A stretch of 64,000 nt of DNA from Thermoanaerobaculia bacterium (lineage in GTDB: Bacteria > Acidobacteriota > Thermoanaerobaculia > Gp7-AA8). Each line of letters opens with the position of its first letter. Position 1 is the stretch's first letter. The position numbers and the translations under genes are program-made. The DNA is taken from contig DASPHC010000055.1 of the NCBI GenBank assembly GCA_035629865.1, positions 70,940-134,939 on the forward strand. Direction: 5' to 3'. Shown here one piece after another: positions 55,984-64,000 of this stretch. Below the pieces are notes generated by a model. The model ran no database searches. It worked only from the letters and a program-made list of their open reading frames with translations, and had not been told where the DNA came from.

Positions 55984-56925
55984 TCAAATGAAATGCGGGC
56001 GAAGCACGCGCGTGCCGACGACGAGGAGCTTCCGGGCGGTCGAGAGACGGATGCGCTGGCGCACGGCGGCCAGCGGGTCTTTGCGCAGCTTGCCGAGCAC
56101 GGTCGCGTAGACGCCGCCCATCAGCAGGGTTGGGAAACGGGCGTCGAAATCGAGCTCGCGGAGGAGCGGCTCGGCATCCTGGAAGTAGCGCTCGGCGCGC
56201 GCGATCTGGAACTCGACCAGGCTCCGCACACGGTCGTTCTCGACACGCTCGAGCAGCTCCCGCTCGCTCACCCCGAACCGCCGCAGCTCCTCGGCCGGGA
56301 CGTAGATGCGGTCGCGGGTGACGTCGTCGCCGATGTCGCGGGTGACGTTAGTGAGCTGCAGCGCCGTCGACAGGCTGCGCCCGTAGACCAGCGCCTTTTC
56401 GCTCTTGTAGCCGAAGATGGAGAGGGAGATGTCGGAGATCGACGTGGCCACGTAGTCACAGTACTGCAGCAGCTCGTCGAACGTCTCGTAGCGCGTCTTC
56501 ACGATGTCCTGCCGGCAGCCGTCCAGCAGCGCCACGAAGGCGCTCTTCGGGATCCGGAAATGCTGCAGCGCGTCGGCGAGGGCGATCGTGACCGGGTGGG
56601 AGGGCTTGCCGGCGTAGCAGGCGTCGAGCTCCTGCTGCCACTCGTCCAGCCGCGTCGTCCGGAGCTGATCGGAGGGGGAGGGATCGCCGTCGAGCGGCTC
56701 GTCGGAGAGATCGTCGGCAACGCGGCAATACGCATACGCGGCATACACCGCCCGCCGCTTCACCTTCGGCAGGAAGCGGAAGCCGACCGAGAAGTTCGCG
56801 CCGTGTTTGTGGGCGATGGCGCGACAGTGGTCGTACGCCTCATCCACAGTCAGCGGCTGCTTCGTCAAGGCTGCACCTCGCCGAGTGGGGGGACCTTCAT
56901 CTCCGTATCGCGGGCGCGGCACCAA
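55984..56925 (-). CDS. Squalene/phytoene synthase family protein (CrtB/HpnD-like)
   Basis: Asp-rich motifs YCRVADDLSDE and DIGDDVTRDRIY typical of trans-isoprenyl diphosphate synthases (head-to-head type). Confidence 0.75.
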   Translation of the reverse strand: MVPRPRYGDEGPPTRRGAALTKQPLTVDEAYDHCRAIAHKHGANFSVGFRFLPKVKRRAVYAAYAYCRVADDLSDEPLDGDPSPSDQLRTTRLDEWQQELDACYAGKPSHPVTIALADALQHFRIPKSAFVALLDGCRQDIVKTRYETFDELLQYCDYVATSISDISLSIFGYKSEKALVYGRSLSTALQLTNVTRDIGDDVTRDRIYVPAEELRRFGVSERELLERVENDRVRSLVEFQIARAERYFQDAEPLLRELDFDARFPTLLMGGVYATVLGKLRKDPLAAVRQRIRLSTARKLLVVGTRVLRPHFI

Positions 56926-58004
56926 TGCACGCCAGGCTTATGCAGGCAACGCCCGCGGTGCCGCCAGAAACGCTGGACGACCGGGGCGAGCAGCGCCTTC
57001 CACCAGGTATTCGCGTGCCACCCGCTGAGGTAGCGGTAGAAGTCCTTTGCGCGCGCGGCCTGGCGGACGAAAATCGAGAGGCCGGTGTTGCCGCCGGCCT
57101 CGTAGAGGAAGCGGTTGACGAGGCTCGTCTGCTGCTTCGCTCCGAGCTCGCGTTTCCAGAGCTCGTCGAAGTCTTTCCCCTCGAGGATGCTCTGCGCGGC
57201 GAGCCAGCCGCTGGTCAGCGCGTAGCGGATGCCGAGGCCGAAGAGGTAATCCTGAAAACCGGCCGCTTCCCCGACGTAGCGCGCAGAGTCCTTCGTGGCG
57301 CGCTGCTTCAGGTGGAAGTTCATGTACGAGTAGCCGGTGCGCGTCTCGGAGGGGATCGCGAACGGGTTGGCCCGCTGCGCCGAGGCGAGGGAGTGGTCGA
57401 AATAGGTATCGATCTTCTTGAAGTCCGCCACGATCGCGCAGCCGAAGGTCGCCACCCCGTCGAGGATGAAGAAATACGAATAGCCGCCGGGGGAGAGTAG
57501 GTGGTTGAAGAAGACCTCCACCCGCTCCGGGTCGGCGGTGTGCCAGGTCATCTCCCGCGCCAGGCCGTCCGGCGATGCGGGACCGGTGGCGACGATGTCG
57601 GCCTCCTCCGCTTTCAGACGGCTGTTGAAGATCACGTTCACCCCCGCGCGCTGCGCCTGCGCGAGAAGGCCGCGGTCGAGCGTTCCTTCCTCGGGGCCGC
57701 GGCGGATGAAGAAGCCGTACGGCTGGCTGCTGCGGATCGTGCCGGCCCTGTTTCGTGCGTCGTAGAACGTCGCGTGGGTGACGGGGCGGAAGTAGAAGTT
57801 GGGCTCGACGCCGATGCGGTCGAGAAAGTCGGGCACCGGCTCGCGCTCGGAGGCTGCCTCGATGACCTGCAGGTCGCCGATGAAGCGGGTGCCTACATCG
57901 CGCTTCGCCTCATGAACCTCCACGGCGCGGCCGGCGCGCGCGAGTGCGATCGCCGCGGCCAGGCCGGATGGTCCCGCACCTGCAATGCGGATGGGATTTG
58001 TCAT
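56865..58004 (-). CDS. FAD-dependent oxidoreductase (geranylgeranyl-reductase-like / amine-oxidase-like), overlapping the synthase gene by 61 bp
   Basis: N-terminal dinucleotide-binding motif IRIAGAGPSGLAAAIALARAG. Confidence 0.55.
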   Translation of the reverse strand: MTNPIRIAGAGPSGLAAAIALARAGRAVEVHEAKRDVGTRFIGDLQVIEAASEREPVPDFLDRIGVEPNFYFRPVTHATFYDARNRAGTIRSSQPYGFFIRRGPEEGTLDRGLLAQAQRAGVNVIFNSRLKAEEADIVATGPASPDGLAREMTWHTADPERVEVFFNHLLSPGGYSYFFILDGVATFGCAIVADFKKIDTYFDHSLASAQRANPFAIPSETRTGYSYMNFHLKQRATKDSARYVGEAAGFQDYLFGLGIRYALTSGWLAAQSILEGKDFDELWKRELGAKQQTSLVNRFLYEAGGNTGLSIFVRQAARAKDFYRYLSGWHANTWWKALLAPVVQRFWRHRGRCLHKPGVHWCRARDTEMKVPPLGEVQP

Positions 58005-58055
58005 GGGCTGTGGTTGGCGTGCGAACGCCGGTCAGTCGGCGTATGGTATCGCGTC

Positions 58056-59750
58056 GCTTTACGTATGAATTCCGAAACGCCTGAAGAATCCGAGCTTGCA
58101 CCGCCACCGCCCAAGCCGCCCGGCCCGTCGAAGTTCGGCGGGTATGCGATGTTCGTGGCTGCCGGAATTCTGCTGAGCCGCGTGGCGGGGCTGATCCGCA
58201 CCAGCGTCTTCGCCCATTACCTCGGCGCGTCCGCCGCGGCCGACGCGTTCAACGTGGCGCTCAAGGTCCCGAACTTCCTGCAGAACCTCCTCGGCGAGGG
58301 GGTGCTCTCGGCGTCCTTCATCCCGGTCTACTCGCGGCTGGTCTCGCGCGGCGAACAAAAGGAGGCCGACCGCGTCGCCGGCGTCTTCGTGTCGTACCTG
58401 GCGCTGATCGTCATCGCCATCGTCGCGGTGGGCGTGCTGGCCACGCCGCTGATCCTCGGCATCACCGCGGCGGGTCTCGACCCGCCCGTGATGGCGATGG
58501 CCATCAAGTACACCCGCATCATCTTTCCCGGCGTCGGCCTGCTCGTCCTCTACGCCTGGGCGCTCGGCATCCTGAACACGCACCGCCAGTTCTTCATCGG
58601 CTACGTCGCCCCGGTGCTCTGGAGCGCGGCGATGATCGCCACGCTGGTCATCTTCGGGATGACCATGAGCGGCGCCCGGCTGGCCCACGCGCTGGCGTGG
58701 GGAACGCTGGTCGGGTGCGTGCTGCAGTTCGCCATCGAGATCCCGTTCGTGCTCCGCCATGCGAAGCATCTGTCGTTCGGTTTCGACCGGACCCTGGAGC
58801 CGGTGAAGACCATCTTCCGGAACATCGTCCCGGTGGTCGGGGGACGCGGCGTGGTCCAGATCAGCGGCTACGTCGACACCTTCATCGCGTCATTTCTCCC
58901 GACCGGCGCGGTGACGAGCCTCTTCTACGCGCAGACGATCTACATGCTGCCGATCTCGGTGTTCGGCATGTCCGTCGCGGCAGCGGAGCTGCCGCAGATG
59001 GCCGGCGAAAAGGGCTCGGAAGAGGAAATCAGCCGCGCCCTGCGGCGCCGGCTCGACCGAGGAATCCGGCAGGTCGCCTTCTTCGTCGTGCCGACGACCG
59101 TGGCGTTCATCCTCATCGGCCGCGTGCTCATCGCAGCGCTGTACCAGCGCGGCAAGTTCTCCGCAGATACGACCTTGCTGGTCTGGTACATCCTGATCGG
59201 CTCGTCGATCGGCCTGCTGGTGGCAACGTTCGGGCGGCTCTACTCCTCGGCGTTCTACGCTCTGCACGACACGAAGACGCCGTTCCGGATCGCCCTGGCG
59301 CGCGTCTTCGGCGGCGCCGGACTGGCGCTGCTGTTCGCCTTCCCGCTCCGCCCGATGTTTGCCGCGGGGGCCGACGCGCTCGGCCTGCCGATTCCGCACA
59401 CTGCGGGAGGGGCTGCGGCACTCGGCGTGGTCGGCATCACCGCCGCGTCGGGCATCGCCACCTGGATCGAGTTCCTTCTGCTGCGCCGCGGCATCCGGCG
59501 CCGGCTGGGAGCAGGGGAGGCGCAGGGCGGCTATCTCGCGAAGCTCTGGTTTTCGGCGGTCCTCGCCGGACTGGCGTCGCTCGCCGCCGACATCTACTTC
59601 GCGCGCGATCTCGCCGCCCGCCTCCCGCTCTCCCGGATCGCCGAGGCCCTGCTGGCGTGCGGAATCTTCGGCGTCGTCTACTTCGCCGTCGCCTTCGCGT
59701 TGCGGGTCCCCGAGGTCACTGCGACGCTCAGCCGGTTGACGAGGCGGTAG
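58056..59750 (+). CDS. murJ: Lipid II flippase MurJ (MviN)
   Basis: ~14 TM helices; conserved MurJ N-terminal region LLSRVAGLIRTSVFAHYLGASAAADAFNVALKVPNFLQNLLGEGVLSASFIPVY. Start chosen at MNSETPEE; the upstream in-frame extension to 57501 is non-coding-like. Confidence 0.85.
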   Translation, partial: ALRMNSETPEESELAPPPPKPPGPSKFGGYAMFVAAGILLSRVAGLIRTSVFAHYLGASAAADAFNVALKVPNFLQNLLGEGVLSASFIPVYSRLVSRGEQKEADRVAGVFVSYLALIVIAIVAVGVLATPLILGITAAGLDPPVMAMAIKYTRIIFPGVGLLVLYAWALGILNTHRQFFIGYVAPVLWSAAMIATLVIFGMTMSGARLAHALAWGTLVGCVLQFAIEIPFVLRHAKHLSFGFDRTLEPVKTIFRNIVPVVGGRGVVQISGYVDTFIASFLPTGAVTSLFYAQTIYMLPISVFGMSVAAAELPQMAGEKGSEEEISRALRRRLDRGIRQVAFFVVPTTVAFILIGRVLIAALYQRGKFSADTTLLVWYILIGSSIGLLVATFGRLYSSAFYALHDTKTPFRIALARVFGGAGLALLFAFPLRPMFAAGADALGLPIPHTAGGAAALGVVGITAASGIATWIEFLLLRRGIRRRLGAGEAQGGYLAKLWFSAVLAGLASLAADIYFARDLAARLPLSRIAEALLACGIFGVVYFAVAFALRVPEVTATLSRLTRR

Positions 59751-59807
59751 TTCCAGTAGAAACCGCGGACGGCGTATCGCGCCGCCGTAGGCGGCGGAAG
59801 ATCTGTT

Positions 59808-60546
59808 AGGGGTAGGAGGAGGCCTCCCGGCCTCCCCCTCCCTCCGAACCGGACTGGCGGATCTCCCGCATCCGGCTCTCCAGGGGTGGATGCGATGGCA
59901 GATGTGTACACGTGGGACTTGCGTCACGGTGAAAGAAGTCTGACGTGCTGACTCACTGCTGAGTCACTCTGTCACCAGAGCCCATCTACATCGGTCGATC
60001 AGCGCCCCGGCGGGTGCGAGCACGAATTCGCCTGCTCGCAGCTCTCGCGTTTCTAGCCTTTCGGCAATTGGCGATTCCCCGTCTTGACGTTGCCTTCCGA
60101 TTCCACCTCCCTGCCTCCCTTTGCTCCACGCCCGTTACAGCGCTTCTCAGCTCCTATGGAGGCTCAGTCACCCGTCTGCCTTTCACTTGCGCAGCTGCGG
60201 GGATCCCCGATTCACGTCACCTGAATCTTCCTGTCGTTCTGTCTCCAACCACCCCGTGCCTTCCCATGTCCGCTTTCTCCATGCTCGGTTAACTTTCGCG
60301 TTCTGGGTTCGTCACCGTAGAGCCGTTTCCCGTCAGCGCTCATCGGTTTCCAAGGCTTCGCCTCTGCCTAGCAGGCTCGCCAAGACACAAGGCCGAATCG
60401 AGTTTCTAGTCGTACGGACCGACAGGCTCGCCTTCCGTTGCTCTCCACCCCGTCTTACGACGACGCAGTTTCGGTCGGCTTTCAACCAGTCGAGCATTTG
60501 GTTGAGAGTGTTCTCACCTCCTCTTTCAGGTGCGCTTTCGAGCGCA
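59808..60546 (-). ncRNA. ORF-less group II intron (~740 nt), inserted into the left terminal inverted repeat of a MITE copy
   Basis: Minus-strand 5' end GUGCGCUCGAAAGCGCACC (GUGYG) begins immediately after MITE sequence (+ strand 60541-60546 gcgcac). Domain V at 59846-59878 reads GAGCCGGAUGCGGGAGAUCCGCCAGUCCGGUUC (consensus GAGCCGUAUGCGAUGAAAGUCGCACGUACGGUUC), with the AGC triad and a GNRA loop. Domain VI-like hairpin GGAGGCC-GGGA-GGCCUCC with a bulged A follows. The region has lower GC (~55%) and no protein-like ORFs. MITE TIR halves flank it at 59785-59807 and 60547-60570. Confidence 0.65.
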
Positions 60547-60740
60547 CTAAGCCCGCCCTTCAGGGCGGGTATCGTGCGGCCCCCATGAAGGCGAGTCCGC
60601 GAAGCGGGCGACAGAACAGGGACACGCGAAAACCTACGCTGTCGCCCGCTTCGCGGACTTGCCTCGTCTCCTCGACCTTTACCCGGCCTGAAGGCCGGGC
60701 CTACAGATCTTTTGCCGCCTACGGCGGCGGCGGATCGTTC
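60547..60740. repeat. Second copy of the ~230-bp MITE-like core, whose left TIR is interrupted by the group II intron (the outer TIR half lies at 59785-59807)
   Basis: taagcccgcccttcagggcggg...gagtccgcgaagcgggcgacagaacagggacacgcg...gtcgcccgcttcgcggacttgcc...ccggcctgaaggccgggcctacagatcttttgccgcctacggcggc. Compare 48853-49085. Confidence 0.75.
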
Positions 60741-60835
60741 CTGCGAGGCCTCCAGGCGATTTCTTCACAGCTTCTGAGACATCGTCCCCCGGGCTTGCGC
60801 TGCTGCCGGGCCGGCTTCTTGCTACCATCCGCGCC

Positions 60836-61900
60836 GTGACGGAAATCCCGGTTCAACAGCCGGTGGGGATGACAGGAGCGCAGGTGGCGGATGTCGACGT
60901 CAACCCTGCCGAGGCGCTGCTCGAGGTGAAGAACCTCCGCACGTCGTTCGGCTCGGTGCATGCGGTCGACAACGTGTCGTTCAACGTGCGGCGCGGCGAA
61001 GCGGTGGCCCTGGTCGGCGAGTCGGGCTGCGGCAAGAGCGTGACCGCGATGTCGATCATGCGGCTGATCGCGCCGCCCGGAAAGATCACCGCGGGGCAGG
61101 TCAGTTTCAAGGGAAGGGACCTGGCCAGTATCTCCGAGCGGGACATGCGCAACGTGCGCGGCAACGACATCGCCATGGTCTTCCAGGAGCCGATGACGTC
61201 GCTCAACCCGGTCTTCAAGATCGGCGCGCAGGTGGCCGAGGCGATCCGTATCCACCGGAAAGTCGGCAAGAAGGAAGCGTGGAAGCAGGCGGGGGAGATG
61301 CTGGAGCTCGTCTCGATCCCCGATCCGGTCAAGCGGCTGGACGACTATCCGCACCAGCTCTCCGGCGGCATGCGCCAGAGGGTGATGATTGCCATCGCCC
61401 TCTCGTGCGACCCGGAGCTGCTGATCGCCGACGAGCCGACGACCGCGCTCGACGTGACCATTCAGGCGCAGATCATGGAGCTGCTGGCGTCGCTGCAGAA
61501 GAAGCTCGGCCTGGCCGTGCTGCTCATCACCCACGATCTCGGCGTGGTGGCGGAGTTCTGCGAGCGGGTCATCGTGATGTACACCGGCCGCGTGGTCGAA
61601 GACGCGCCGGTGGAGCAGCTCTTCGCCAACCCTTCCCATCCATACACGCGCGGCCTGCTCAAGTCGCTCCCCGGCGCCGCACTCGTCGCCGGCACGCCGA
61701 TCGGCCGCCTCCCGACCATCGCCGGCATGGTCCCGTCGATCACGAATCTGCCGAAGGGCTGCAAGTTCAACCCCCGTTGCCCCGACGTGATGGATATCTG
61801 CCTCGGCAACGAGCCGGCGCTCATGCCGGTCGGGCCGGGACAATCCGCTCGGTGCTATTTGCATGGGGATGCGGCGGACCCGGAACGGATTGAGAATTGA
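60836..61900 (+). CDS. Oligopeptide/dipeptide ABC transporter ATP-binding protein (OppD/DppD-like)
   Basis: Walker A GESGCGKS, signature LSGGMRQR, Walker [14 protein letters not shown]-terminal oligopeptide-ABC extension with [10 protein letters not shown] (Cys cluster). Confidence 0.8.
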   Translation: MTEIPVQQPVGMTGAQVADVDVNPAEALLEVKNLRTSFGSVHAVDNVSFNVRRGEAVALVGESGCGKSVTAMSIMRLIAPPGKITAGQVSFKGRDLASISERDMRNVRGNDIAMVFQEPMTSLNPVFKIGAQVAEAIRIHRKVGKKEAWKQAGEMLELVSIPDPVKRLDDYPHQLSGGMRQRVMIAIALSCDPELLIADEPTTALDVTIQAQIMELLASLQKKLGLAVLLITHDLGVVAEFCERVIVMYTGRVVEDAPVEQLFANPSHPYTRGLLKSLPGAALVAGTPIGRLPTIAGMVPSITNLPKGCKFNPRCPDVMDICLGNEPALMPVGPGQSARCYLHGDAADPERIEN

Positions 61901-61904
61901 GGAT

Positions 61905-61990
61905 TGAGGATTAGGAAGAACGAGAGATGACCGCCCGGACACCGAATCCTCAATCCTCAATTCTCAATCCTCAATCCGGGTCTTGCGAGG
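61905..61990. repeat. Inverted array of TTGAGGA heptamers between the two ATPase genes
   Basis: gaattgaggattgaggattagg...ccgaatcctcaatcctcaattctcaatcctcaatccgg. Confidence 0.7.
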
Positions 61991-61996
61991 CACCGC

Positions 61997-63190
<1,194 letters not shown>

Positions 63191-63204
63191 GCCAAAGGGT
63201 AGTG

Positions 63205-63290
63205 ATTGGTTATCGGTTGTCAGTTGTCAGTTGTCGGCCATTTCTCGCGCTGAATGGCCATTGACTGACAACTGATAACCGACAACAACC
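63205..63290. repeat. Imperfect long hairpin with AGTTGTC x3 heptads after oppF (terminator-like)
   Basis: ggttatcggttgtcagttgtcagttgtcggccatttctcgcgctgaatggccattgactgacaactgataaccgacaac. Confidence 0.6.
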
Positions 63291-63305
63291 TCCACAACGC
63301 CTTCC

Positions 63306-64000
63306 ATGCTCGGACATCTCTTTCAATGTGACCCCGACATCCGTCTGGCGGGGAGCGAGATCTATCTCGACCCGGCAGAGCCGCGGAAGATCGGGATCAT
63401 TTCGCACGGCCACTCCGACCATATCGGCCGGCACGAGCACTTCATCGCCACGCCTGCCACGGCGGCGTTCCTGCGCGTGCGCAGCGGCGACGACCTGAAG
63501 GGGACGGAGCTGGCGTACCGGCAACCGCACGGGGTCGGCGACTGGACGGTCGAGCTCTTCCCGGCCGGCCACGTCCTCGGCTCTTCGATGATCCGCGTGA
63601 GCAGCGCACACGGCTCGCTCGCGTACACCGGCGACTTCCGGCTGAAACCGTCGTACACCGCCGAGCCGGCCGAGGTGCCGGAAGCCGACGCCGTGATCAT
63701 GGAATCGACGTATGGCGGCGGGCCGGAGTGGACGTTCCCCTCTCGCGAAGAGCTGCGGGAGCGCCTGGCCGCGCTCGTCCGGAACATCCTCGGCCGCGAC
63801 AAGACCGCGGTGCTGCTGGCCTACTCGCTCGGCAAGGCCCAGGAAGCGGCGGCCATGCTCCGCGGCGAGAACCTGCCGCTGGTCGTGCATCCGGTCGTGG
63901 CCCGGATCTGCGGCATCTACGAGCGCCACGGCATCGACCTCGGCGCGTACGAAGTCTGGGCGAAGCAGGCCTCGCTCTTCTCCCGGCGCACGACGGCCGA
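63306..64000 (+). CDS. MBL-fold metallo-hydrolase (beta-CASP/RNA-processing-like); partial, continues beyond the window end
   Basis: HxHxDH motif ISHGHSDHIG, followed by further metallo-beta-lactamase fold motifs. Confidence 0.7.
   Translation, partial: MLGHLFQCDPDIRLAGSEIYLDPAEPRKIGIISHGHSDHIGRHEHFIATPATAAFLRVRSGDDLKGTELAYRQPHGVGDWTVELFPAGHVLGSSMIRVSSAHGSLAYTGDFRLKPSYTAEPAEVPEADAVIMESTYGGGPEWTFPSREELRERLAALVRNILGRDKTAVLLAYSLGKAQEAAAMLRGENLPLVVHPVVARICGIYERHGIDLGAYEVWAKQASLFSRRTTA

Noticed and set aside
57501-58055. N-terminal 185-codon extension of the murJ ORF
   Set aside because: The extension overlaps the FAD oxidoreductase gene on the other strand and lacks MurJ homology. MurJ's conserved N-terminus starts at the Met at 58056.
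59930-60550. Low-GC ORF-free region considered as an rRNA fragment, RNase P RNA, tmRNA, or a decayed opp permease pseudogene
   Set aside because: No match to remembered conserved cores of 16S/23S, RNase P (GGAAAGUCCGGGCUCC, ACAGAAUCCGGCUUA) or the tmRNA T-arm/CCA end. No protein-like ORF fragments. The GUGCG 5' end, canonical domain V and domain VI instead support a group II intron.

Overview
High-GC (~68%) bacterial chromosomal window with many Ser/Thr kinases, secreted hydrolases and TPR proteins, suggesting an Acidobacteria-like or similarly kinase-rich soil lineage (inference). About 45 protein genes are supportable. They include the macromolecular-synthesis operon rpsU-(mutS2)-dnaG-rpoD, mgtE, udk, murJ, an RND/MMPL transporter, a Kef-type antiporter, and a nine-gene ABC-exported glycan cluster (wzm/wzt, sugar aminotransferase, epimerase, acyl/methyl/hydroxyl-modifying enzymes, glycosyltransferase). 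It also carries tRNA-Leu(UAA), an orphan oppD/oppF ATPase pair and three multidomain Ser/Thr-kinase signalling proteins. The window holds an unusual density of non-coding repeats: REP-like palindromes (GGGGTCAGAGCTTCG) flanking a frameshifted RAYT-type HuH transposase and inserted in-frame into two paralogous membrane glycosyltransferase genes; GGCCGAGGGC palindromic arrays around tRNA-Leu and in-frame in the mutS2 linker; and four further MITE-like palindromic families. The most striking observation is a ~740-nt ORF-less group II intron on the minus strand (5' GUGCG, canonical domain V and domain VI with bulged A) inserted into the terminal inverted repeat of one MITE copy, between murJ and oppD. 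Other highlights are a kinase gene immediately upstream of an LRR-Roc-COR (Roco) GTPase gene (split LRRK2-like architecture) and a 1768-aa STK-STAND-TPR-GAF-sigma54-activator fusion. All calls rest on reading the sequence and ORF translations by eye; no database search was run.
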